A stretch of DNA of 38,905 nt. Origin: an uncultured Candidatus Bathyarchaeia archaeon. Its GTDB lineage: Archaea; Thermoproteota; Bathyarchaeia; Bathyarchaeales; Bathycorpusculaceae. The position numbers and the translations under genes are program-made. Below, piece by piece: positions 20,135 through 28,109 of this stretch (positions within the stretch are counted from its first letter, which is position 1; each line of letters opens with the position of its first letter). Location: NCBI GenBank assembly GCA_964432815.1, contig CAYSOZ010000001.1:1-38905 (forward strand), written 5' to 3'. Below the pieces are notes generated by a model, which saw only the letters and a list, made by a program, of their open reading frames with translations, was not told the origin of the DNA and did no database searches.

Positions 20135-20370
20135 GAATCTGAGCCGAAAACGTTTCGTCGATGAACGCATCGGCAAAGTGAAAATCAAAGACCGAAAGCA
20201 ATCGATTGCAATCAAAAGTCTATCTTTCACCCTCACATAGGCACCATAGTCGAGCGAGACACAGCTGCGCCTCTTCGAAAAAGTAGAATCGAACCGACTT
20301 TTCGACACAGAGAATTTTACAGTAAGTTTATAATAGTCTGCAGATTGAGGAGAAAGAGTAGTTGGACACC

Positions 20371-21528
20371 ATGGCCCGGCCAAGCCTATGCATCGTGACA
20401 CATACTTTTCTGCCCCACGTTGGTGGAATAGAAAGAGTTGTCTATGAGCAAGGCAAAAGGCTGATGCAAAAAACGTTTGACCTCATGGTTCTGACGAACA
20501 GAATCGGCACAAAAAAGAACTACACCTATGACGGTATTCGTGTTAAATGCTATGATTCTCTTAACATAGGGTTCAGGTTGGGAATCCCTTATGTTATCCC
20601 CAGCGTAAGCAGCTTCAGAACATTCTTGGAAGCGGTGAAATCTTGTGACCTCATACACGCTCATGGTCATCCATATCTATCATCCTTAATGGCAGCAAAA
20701 CTCGCAAAAAGGTACAAGAAACCTTTCGTGCTCACCCAGCACAACACCTTCATAGAATATCAAGGCATATGGAACGCTGTTGAAAGACTGAACGATCTAA
20801 CAGTTGGATCTCATGTCCTCAGGTCAGCCGACAGGATAATTGTAGTAAGCAAGGCTACCATGAAATATGTATTAAGTCTAGGGGCAAACCCTGAAAAAAC
20901 CCGAATAGTCCACAACGGCGTTGATTTGAACCGGTTCAAACCTATGACTGAAAAGAAAGATGTGATAAGAAAGGGGCTGGTAATCCCTGACGATGCGGTT
21001 GTAGCTGTAACGGTACGAAGACTCGTTTACAAAAATGGAATTGACACACTAGTAGAAAGCGCGAAAATAGCCATTAGAAAAAACCCGCGACTGTTCTTTA
21101 TCGCTGTCGGGGGAGGACCAGATTTTGCTCAGGTAAAAACAAAAGTGGAGCAGCTCGGAATTGAAAAGAACTTCAAGCTGGCGGGATTCATCTCTGATCG
21201 AGACTTGCCATTTTATTACAACGCTGCAGACCTTTTCATTCTGCCCTCTAAGTCGGGGGAAGGATTACCGCTTGTAGCACTTGAGGCTATGGCTTGCGGA
21301 CTACCCGTTATAGCTACAGATGTGGGAGGAATCAGGGAAATCATGATCGAAGGTTATGGAGAAATTGTGCCACCTAACAATCCCGAATTGCTCGCAGAAG
21401 CTGCATTGAACGTTTTCAACAGCAAAATCTCATCTCGCAAGAACGAGCTGCGAAAAAAGATCGAGGAAAGATACAGTTGGGATCAAAACGTTAGAAAACT
21501 TCAGAAAATTTACGAAGAACTTATTTAA
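20371..21528 (+). CDS. GT4-family (GT-B) glycosyltransferase
   Basis: PHVGGIE, IHAH, HNGVD, EGLPLVALEAMACGLPVIATDVGG (Ex7E motif). TTTATAA at about 20327. Confidence 0.93.
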   Translation: MARPSLCIVTHTFLPHVGGIERVVYEQGKRLMQKTFDLMVLTNRIGTKKNYTYDGIRVKCYDSLNIGFRLGIPYVIPSVSSFRTFLEAVKSCDLIHAHGHPYLSSLMAAKLAKRYKKPFVLTQHNTFIEYQGIWNAVERLNDLTVGSHVLRSADRIIVVSKATMKYVLSLGANPEKTRIVHNGVDLNRFKPMTEKKDVIRKGLVIPDDAVVAVTVRRLVYKNGIDTLVESAKIAIRKNPRLFFIAVGGGPDFAQVKTKVEQLGIEKNFKLAGFISDRDLPFYYNAADLFILPSKSGEGLPLVALEAMACGLPVIATDVGGIREIMIEGYGEIVPPNNPELLAEAALNVFNSKISSRKNELRKKIEERYSWDQNVRKLQKIYEELI

Positions 21529-21537
21529 GCAATGCCG

Positions 21538-21549
21538 AAAGTTATATAA
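21538..21549 (+). promoter_or_regulatory. BRE/TATA promoter for GT2 (likely leaderless)
   Basis: AAAGTTATATAA about 25 nt upstream of ATG 21574. Confidence 0.6.
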
Positions 21550-21573
21550 CTCCTCCAAATACGGAGTTCAGCT

Positions 21574-22287
21574 ATGACCTCAAACGTAGAAATGGTTTCA
21601 GTAGTCATCCCAACGCTAAACGAAGCTGGAACCATCCGTGAGATACTGACAACGATTCATAAGGAAGTGTCGTACCCAAAGGAAATAATCGTTGTAGACG
21701 GAAACTCAACGGACGGAACGAAAGAGATAGTCAAAGACACAAACTTCTGTAGACTCATAATCGAACCCAGACGCGGTTACGGAATCGCCTTAAGAACAGG
21801 CATGAGCCGTGCCAGAGGCAATGTCGTGGTGATGGTCGATGGTGACGGAACATATGAAGTTGGCCACATCAACTTGCTGCTTGACAAGCTAGTAGAAAGC
21901 GATGCAGACCTGTGCATGGCAACGCGGATGTATGATCCGAATAAGGCCATGGGACTAATGAATTTCGTAGGAAACAAGGTGATAACTTTTTGTTTCGACC
22001 TACTCTATGGCGAGTTTCTCAGCGACACACAATCAGGTTTCCGTGCAATATCTCATGAGGCACTTGACAAGGTGGAGTTTCATGAAGATGACATGTCATT
22101 TGCAACAGAAATGCTAGTTAAATTCGCGAAAGAAGACTTAAAAATGGTTGAAGTTCCCTCCACGTACAAATCAAGAAAGTACGGCAGAACAAAGCTGAGA
22201 AAGTTCAAGTCAGGAATCGAGATATTCACCACCATGGTCAAAGGACTTATGCATAAAGAATTCGTTTGGAAGCGACTAAGGACTTGA
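21574..22287 (+). CDS. GT2 glycosyltransferase, DPM1-like (lipid-phosphate sugar synthase)
   Basis: SVVIPTLNEA, VVDGNSTDGT, MVDGDGTY, DTQSGFRA, R.YG.TKL. Confidence 0.92.
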   Translation: MTSNVEMVSVVIPTLNEAGTIREILTTIHKEVSYPKEIIVVDGNSTDGTKEIVKDTNFCRLIIEPRRGYGIALRTGMSRARGNVVVMVDGDGTYEVGHINLLLDKLVESDADLCMATRMYDPNKAMGLMNFVGNKVITFCFDLLYGEFLSDTQSGFRAISHEALDKVEFHEDDMSFATEMLVKFAKEDLKMVEVPSTYKSRKYGRTKLRKFKSGIEIFTTMVKGLMHKEFVWKRLRT

Positions 22288-22769
22288 ATGAGAGACTCAA
22301 GTTAACCGGCAACAAAGGGTATATGATCTCGATAGGTTTGGCTCTTGTTCTCGTTTCCAGTCTCGTGATAGGGTATTATCTTGTTACACATTTTTCTGAG
22401 CCGGAAGGATATGCTACAGTCTATCTGCTTGATTCGCAGAAAAAGGCAATAGACTACCCTGAACTCCTCGTGGCGAACCTAAACAGCACATTCAGCGTAT
22501 GGGTTGGTGTTGAGAATCACATGAGAGAAGCTATTCAAAGTGAGATTCAGGTAAAGATTACCGATGAGCCCATTATGTCAACACCCATTAACCTCAGCTC
22601 TGTCAACACCTACCCTTTTGCTTTGGAAAGAGATCAAACGGATGAAAAATCGGCGTCGATCACCATAAACGAACCCGGAAATTACTCTGTAGTTTTTGAA
22701 CTGTGGATCTCTGGTGAATTCTCACACAACTATTGTGTTTTGAACATTGAAGTTGTAGACAAACTCTAA
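22266..22769 (+). CDS. DUF1616-like membrane-anchored protein with Ig-like ectodomain
   Basis: Single N-terminal TM, then YLLD...DYP...VWVGVENH...VVFELW pattern. Confidence 0.65.
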   Translation: MEATKDLNERLKLTGNKGYMISIGLALVLVSSLVIGYYLVTHFSEPEGYATVYLLDSQKKAIDYPELLVANLNSTFSVWVGVENHMREAIQSEIQVKITDEPIMSTPINLSSVNTYPFALERDQTDEKSASITINEPGNYSVVFELWISGEFSHNYCVLNIEVVDKL

Positions 22770-22775
22770 TGTTTG

Positions 22776-24242
22776 CTATGAACTGTTTTGCCTAAAAGCA
22801 TACTCTTCTTCAGTGCCGATTCTATGGACGTTATTGTACGCACAAAAAGGAATTACCTTCAAATCAGGAGTAACGTAGTGAATGACGCATCTCTGCACAC
22901 GGTCTACGTCAAAGTTGTGTGAGTCCATAAAAGCCATGCATCCCAACAAGAAAATTCGTCGCCGGATAGGTCCGAGTGACTGATAACTCGGGGATATATG
23001 CATCTTTAGGATGCTCCTCATAAGGGTGAAGATTCCCACTTCCTTGGTGACAAGAGGCATATTCAATGAAACCATTGCTGCCATGAATAGTGAAGAAAGA
23101 AGTGAAACCCTTCCCTTAGTCTCAACGTTCTGAGCAGTTCCCAGGATCATCCTGAAGAAACGCTCAAAATCCACGAAATGATTAATCGGGATAATCCGGC
23201 CACTTCTCGAAACGTACATCCAATTTACAATGCCACAATGTGGACTACAGGAAAACAGTGGCCACGGTTTCTTCATGAACTTGCGCATAATCTTTATCGG
23301 TGAAACCATCACCCCTAATGGGAAGAAGTCTTTCGCCGTGATTTCGCCACCAGTCTGAGCCTCAACATCCTCCGCAAAATGCCAATCCCGCCAGGCTTCT
23401 TTGAAAGGATTGTCAGTTGCTCGGCCAGTAAACGCAATTGGTTGAAAAATTAATCCTCGAACGATGTCTGAGTTGGCGGCTGCAAAGCGGACAATTTGCC
23501 CGACCTCTGCATCGTTAAAACCACGCATCAACGTGGTGACCAGAATGATCTCCATGTCAAGCTTGCGACAAACATCCACGGCTTTGTATTTGAGGTCCAA
23601 AAGCTTGCGGCCGCGGACTTTTTCGTAAAAAGAATCCCGGAAACTGTCAAATTGTAGATAGACGATATTAAGCCCATTTCGTTTCAACTTTGCAGCGAGT
23701 TCTGGATTCTCGGCTAGATGAATACCATTAGTCGCTAGAATAGTCATGAATTTCAGCTTGTGTGCGGTGCCAATTATCTCATGTATGTCTTCTCTTTCCA
23801 GCGGTTCTCCGCCTGAAAATAGGATGGCTGGAGGTTTTGGATTTCGGTTACTAAGGAAGGTTAAGACATCGATGAGCTCATCTTTGGTGGGTTCGTAATC
23901 AACGATGTGATCGGAGAAGGTGGAGAAGCAAACGGCACACTTTAGGTCACATTTCTTGGTTACATCGATCACGCCGATTACGGTGTCAGAGGTATGGTTC
24001 TTGCAGGTCGCGCATGCATAAGGACAACCTTCAGGATTCTTAATTGAGTCCTGATCTTCGAAATATTTGAAGTAGTCGTAAGCTTCGGCAAAATCGTAAA
24101 TGTCTTGGCTCTGCCAATGTGTGGCGGTGAAGACACCATGATCTTTGCATCGTTTAGTGATTCCTATTTTGCCCTTTTCAACGGATAATTCAGCATCAAT
24201 CTTTTTCTGGCATTCTGGACAAATGCTCTTGGTCTTCTTCAA
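22776..24242 (-). CDS. Tetraether lipid synthase (Tes/GDGT-MAS, MJ0619 family)-like radical SAM protein, diverged
   Basis: N-terminal SICPEC...KRCKDHG, GCPYACATCKNH, CDLKCAVC, SGGEP, YLQFD, FQPIAFTGR, CSPHCG, MAFMDSHNFDVDRVQRCVIHY.TPD..IPFCAYN. TTG start at 24242 overlaps the UbiA stop (TTGA), giving 488 aa. Confidence 0.85.
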   Translation of the reverse strand: MKKTKSICPECQKKIDAELSVEKGKIGITKRCKDHGVFTATHWQSQDIYDFAEAYDYFKYFEDQDSIKNPEGCPYACATCKNHTSDTVIGVIDVTKKCDLKCAVCFSTFSDHIVDYEPTKDELIDVLTFLSNRNPKPPAILFSGGEPLEREDIHEIIGTAHKLKFMTILATNGIHLAENPELAAKLKRNGLNIVYLQFDSFRDSFYEKVRGRKLLDLKYKAVDVCRKLDMEIILVTTLMRGFNDAEVGQIVRFAAANSDIVRGLIFQPIAFTGRATDNPFKEAWRDWHFAEDVEAQTGGEITAKDFFPLGVMVSPIKIMRKFMKKPWPLFSCSPHCGIVNWMYVSRSGRIIPINHFVDFERFFRMILGTAQNVETKGRVSLLSSLFMAAMVSLNMPLVTKEVGIFTLMRSILKMHISPSYQSLGPIRRRIFLLGCMAFMDSHNFDVDRVQRCVIHYVTPDLKVIPFCAYNNVHRIGTEEEYAFRQNSS

Positions 24243-25129
24243 AGAAGACCCCCAAGCAGAGATGACAGAGCCTCGAGAATCAATGCTAATGGCAACAGAA
24301 TCATCGACATTGTAACCATTCGCTCGTATTTCCTTACATTTCCTGGCGAAACGGCGACCATGAGACGAATTGAAGCGTAGATTAGTATGACACTCCAGAC
24401 CAGGATAAGCGGCAGATAGAATGGAGTGAAGTTGCCTAGAAAATACGGCAATGGAGCTAAGACTCCTGTCGCTATGAAGAAAACAGCGGCAACCTTTGCA
24501 GAATTGAGGTTGCCAACTCTCTGGGGAAGTGTGGGATAACCAACTTTCGAATCGCCTTCGAGGCTCAGAATATCTCGCAAAACATTGCCGCCGATTGTTC
24601 CGAAAGCGATTGGATACAGACTCCATGAAGCAAAAGTCAGAGCAGCGGGGTTCCAGACCCCGGTTCCCAAAGTTACAGCTTCGCCGTAAAGAAATGCTGT
24701 CCCAGTCAATACCCCGACCAGTATGTTTGCAGCAAATCCAGACTTACGTTTGATGAACGCTGAGTATATCACAAGAAGTATCGAGTCAACAAGGAGAATT
24801 AGGAAACTGAGCTGATTTATCAACGCAGAAAGAATCAAACCAATGGCAAATAAAGCAAATGAGATTGCCATTACCTGTCTCAGGGATAGAGCGCCTGAGG
24901 GTATAGGACGCCTGGGTTTAATTATAGCATCACTTTCTTTGTCAAAATAATCGTTCAAGGCGAAACCAGCTGATGTTACTAAAGCCATCGAAAAGAAAGT
25001 CAAAGGCACCGTCAGAAGGTCCATTGCACCTTTGGTTATTGCGAAGGAAGTGAGGAGAGCGAGACCGCCCGTCATCATCCAATAGGGAAGACGTAGAAGT
25101 GCCACTAGACCTTTGGCCGACGTTGTCAT
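24239..25129 (-). CDS. UbiA-family prenyltransferase, DGGGP-synthase-like (diverged)
   Basis: NDYFDKESDAIIKPRRPIPSG, YSAFIKRK, RDILSLEGDSKVGYPTLP, multiple TMs. Confidence 0.88.
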   Translation of the reverse strand: MTTSAKGLVALLRLPYWMMTGGLALLTSFAITKGAMDLLTVPLTFFSMALVTSAGFALNDYFDKESDAIIKPRRPIPSGALSLRQVMAISFALFAIGLILSALINQLSFLILLVDSILLVIYSAFIKRKSGFAANILVGVLTGTAFLYGEAVTLGTGVWNPAALTFASWSLYPIAFGTIGGNVLRDILSLEGDSKVGYPTLPQRVGNLNSAKVAAVFFIATGVLAPLPYFLGNFTPFYLPLILVWSVILIYASIRLMVAVSPGNVRKYERMVTMSMILLPLALILEALSSLLGGLL

Positions 25130-26058
25130 ACGAGGTTCCTCGCTTTAGCCATTTCTCTCAATGTATCTTCAAGAGTTATTTTCGGGGACCAGTTTAGTTC
25201 TTTTTTGGCTTTATTGATGTCAAACCAGATTGTGGTGACATCTCCTTGCCAAGAAACGTTGGTGGTTGTGATCACCGTCTTGCCGAGCAGATCAAGGATT
25301 TTGAGAATCATTTTGGCGAGATCTATTATCTTCGTGGTCTCTCCATAGCCCAAGTTGTATGTTTTGCCAACAGCGCTCTCTTTTTGGCCGGAAACAACGA
25401 GGGCGTCTACAATGTCGGAGATGTGTACGAAATCTCTGGACTGCATACCCGTTCCGATTATCTCCAACTTGTTTGGATCTCTGCTTATCTTATCGAAGAA
25501 ATCGTTGATGACTCCATGGCATCTTGGTCCATAGACATTCGCAAACCGGAGAATAGTGATATCTAGCCCATACTGGCTTGCGTACATGTTGCAGTATTCT
25601 TCGCCGACAACCTTTGATAAGCCGTAGCAGGAGAAGGGATTGAATCCATAATCCTCCGCTGTCGGGAAAACTTTTGGGTTACCATATATGGCTGCGCTAG
25701 AAGCAAAAATGAGCCTTGCGTCATCTTTGCGTGCCTTTTCCAGTACATTCAGTGTTCCTCGTGCGTTTGTTTCAAAATCTTCCACAGGATTTTCCATAGA
25801 ATATGGGACAACGACTTGAGCCGCAAGGTGATAGATGAGATCAAATTTCTCCATAGAACAGAGTTTCTGAATGGCAAGTATGTCGCCTCTTACGAATGCT
25901 GCTTTAGGAACGTCTTTGACGTTTTCGATTTTTCCACCTGACAGGTTATCATATATTGTCAGTCCAGGTGTCAGCTCGGAGAGTCTTCTGCAGAGGTGGA
26001 AGCCTATGAAACCGGCTCCCCCAGTCACCAGTATTCGCTTTTCATCGAGTTTGTCCAT
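25126..26058 (-). CDS. NAD-dependent nucleotide-sugar epimerase/dehydratase (extended SDR)
   Basis: ILVTGGAGFIG, HLAAQ, ASSAAIYG, YGLSK, RFANVYGP, RDFVHI. ATGA overlap with UbiA. Confidence 0.93.
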   Translation of the reverse strand: MDKLDEKRILVTGGAGFIGFHLCRRLSELTPGLTIYDNLSGGKIENVKDVPKAAFVRGDILAIQKLCSMEKFDLIYHLAAQVVVPYSMENPVEDFETNARGTLNVLEKARKDDARLIFASSAAIYGNPKVFPTAEDYGFNPFSCYGLSKVVGEEYCNMYASQYGLDITILRFANVYGPRCHGVINDFFDKISRDPNKLEIIGTGMQSRDFVHISDIVDALVVSGQKESAVGKTYNLGYGETTKIIDLAKMILKILDLLGKTVITTTNVSWQGDVTTIWFDINKAKKELNWSPKITLEDTLREMAKARNLV

Positions 26059-26070
26059 GAAGTCCACGAC

Positions 26071-26081
26071 AAAGTTATATC
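26071..26081 (+). promoter_or_regulatory. BRE/TATA promoter for cobS2 operon (likely leaderless)
   Basis: AAAGTTATATC about 25 nt upstream of ATG 26105, inside the 46 bp divergent gap. Confidence 0.55.
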
Positions 26082-26104
26082 TTGTTTTAGAGAGTTAATG
26101 GTAT

Positions 26105-26908
26105 ATGTCGCCGGTGAAAGCTATAAAAACTTTTAGGGACATGCTTTCTTTCTTCACTATCATACCGTTGGGAGCGACTGAAGATTTTGTTGTAACAACT
26201 GCAGAGCATGTTTTTTTGTTTCCTTTGATAGGAGCGTTCATCGGACTGCTTGGGGGAACGTACTTTTTGGCTTCTGGCTTTGTAACATCTTACATTTTGT
26301 TGTTGATTAACTCACTTATTCAAGTTCCAACTGAACTTCTGCAGAGATTGATTCCTGCAATTATGACCATGGCATTTCTTTTGGTGTTAACGGGGCTTCA
26401 ACATTTCGATGGCCTTGTAGATTTGGGTAATGCGATAGGCTTGGGCAACCTGGAAGAGAGGCGAGCAGCAGCACACAGGTGGGTCGTATCTTACAAAGGT
26501 GCTACTCTCGCAATTGTCGTCGAATTTCTAGCGCTTTTGGGCCTAGTCTTTTTGAATTGGGCGATTGCCTTCTTGTTGATAATCGTGTCTGAAGTAGGGG
26601 CCAAATTGGCGATGGTTACGATCGCAGCGGTGGGTAAACCAACTCATAGAGGATTGGGTTCCATATTCTTGGAAAGCGCGAAGAGAAAGAGCAGCATAAT
26701 AGCGTACCTCGTTGCGACCTTCATTGTCGTTCCCCTTTTAGGCTTCGTCGGTTTCGGCACAATCTTGATTAGCGTTCTCTTCGGGGTACTAATGGGGTGG
26801 GTTGGGAAAAGCGTTTTTGGCGGAGTCTCCGGTGATATGATGGGAGCAACGAACGAGGTTGTAAGAGCTGGGGTGTTGATTTTTGCTGCGGGAGCGTTTG
26901 CGTTATGA
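26105..26908 (+). CDS. cobS: CobS paralogue (diverged motifs)
   Basis: FFTIIP, FPLIGAFIGLLGG, GLQHFDGLVDLGNA, GGVSGDMMGATNE. Lacks the MxD..xGxxG motif. Confidence 0.8.
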   Translation: MSPVKAIKTFRDMLSFFTIIPLGATEDFVVTTAEHVFLFPLIGAFIGLLGGTYFLASGFVTSYILLLINSLIQVPTELLQRLIPAIMTMAFLLVLTGLQHFDGLVDLGNAIGLGNLEERRAAAHRWVVSYKGATLAIVVEFLALLGLVFLNWAIAFLLIIVSEVGAKLAMVTIAAVGKPTHRGLGSIFLESAKRKSSIIAYLVATFIVVPLLGFVGFGTILISVLFGVLMGWVGKSVFGGVSGDMMGATNEVVRAGVLIFAAGAFAL

Positions 26909-27528
26909 GAGTCCCTGCTCTGATAATGGCCGGCGGCATGGGCAAGAGGATGGAACTGAAAGTTGAGAAGCCACTTGTGCAGTTCATGGGTAAGCCGCTA
27001 GTAGAGCATGTGGTTGAAGCAGTCAAATCTTCCAGACAAATCCCAGAATTCTATGTTGTAACAAGCAAGAACACTCCTGAGACCGAAGCCAAGTGTTTGA
27101 AAGACGGATTAAAGATAATCAGGACGGACGGCAAGGGGTATCACAATGATCTGGTTCAAGCTATAACCAAGGCAAATTTGTTACTTCCAGTGTTGATTAT
27201 TCCCTCAGATTTGCCCGCATTGACGGGGAGATTTTTAGATAGAGTTATCTCAGCTTTCGCAAAATGCGGGAAGGATGCACTGGCAGTTTTTGTGCCAATA
27301 GAAACACGGGAAAGATTCAGGCTCTCGGTCTCATCTACCGACGAATATGAGGGGACATGGTATGCCGTGTCTGGAGTTAACGTAATAAACGGTGAAAGAA
27401 TCCGGGATGAGGGGAAGATCGCCACGAGTGCAATAATTACAGAAGATATTGAGGTTCTTTTAAATATAAATACCCAAAATGATTTGGTGATAGCTGAAGA
27501 AATCATAAAGAAAGTACGAAGAGAGTAG
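26905..27528 (+). CDS. cobY: CobY paralogue (nucleotidyltransferase)
   Basis: ALIMAGGMGKRM...EKPL, SDLP, SGVNVING, NINTQNDL. ATGA overlap with cobS2. Confidence 0.8.
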   Translation: MRVPALIMAGGMGKRMELKVEKPLVQFMGKPLVEHVVEAVKSSRQIPEFYVVTSKNTPETEAKCLKDGLKIIRTDGKGYHNDLVQAITKANLLLPVLIIPSDLPALTGRFLDRVISAFAKCGKDALAVFVPIETRERFRLSVSSTDEYEGTWYAVSGVNVINGERIRDEGKIATSAIITEDIEVLLNINTQNDLVIAEEIIKKVRRE

Positions 27529-27546
27529 CTCTTCTAGTGAAGCCAA

Positions 27547-28098
27547 ATGACACAATCCCATAATCCTCCTATGACAGCCCTCAAGCTCGCTTTAGGAGCA
27601 ATATTTGCTGCTCTGGTATTCGTGGCGACGTATTCTTTCGTCGTCCCCATACCTGCTACAAGCGGATACTTCAATTTGGGCGAAACCACAATATATATCG
27701 CATCTTTGATGTTTGGCCCCTATGTGGGAGCCATTGCTGGAGCTGGCGCAGCAATAGCTGATATGGTGGTCCCTGGTGCAGCGCAATTTGCCCCCGGGAC
27801 ATTCCTGATCAAGGGTTTTGAAGGAGCGACTGTCGGTTTTCTTTATATCAGACTTCAGAGATACATGTCAAACCGTGGTCTCTGTGCTGTTGTTTCCATC
27901 GTCGGAGGAGGATTAATCATGGTGTCAGGATATTTTCTTTACGAAATATTAGTACTTGGCTATCCATTCGCAGTTGCGCTTGTCGAAATTCCGATCAATA
28001 TCATACAAATGCTTGTTGGTTTGTTGGTAGCAATACCGATTGCTAATGTTATCTTGCGCATCTTTCCACAACTAGAGGGCAAACGAACAACGTTCTAG
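27547..28098 (+). CDS. ECF transporter S component
   Basis: FAALVFVAT, PATSGYFNLGE, FGPYVGA, AD...APGTFLIKGFEG, NIIQ. Confidence 0.88.
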   Translation: MTQSHNPPMTALKLALGAIFAALVFVATYSFVVPIPATSGYFNLGETTIYIASLMFGPYVGAIAGAGAAIADMVVPGAAQFAPGTFLIKGFEGATVGFLYIRLQRYMSNRGLCAVVSIVGGGLIMVSGYFLYEILVLGYPFAVALVEIPINIIQMLVGLLVAIPIANVILRIFPQLEGKRTTF

Positions 28099-28109
28099 GT
28101 GAGTTCAAG

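Noticed and set aside
19910-20401. 163 aa minus-strand ORF across the cobY/GT4 gap
   Set aside because: It overlaps both flanking genes antisense and has no recognisable motif.
24243-24626. 128 aa N-terminal extension of the Tes-like ORF (616 aa in the ORF track)
   Set aside because: It lies within the UbiA gene in another frame. Family similarity begins at KKTKSICPEC, and TTG 24242 gives a typical 4-nt overlap.
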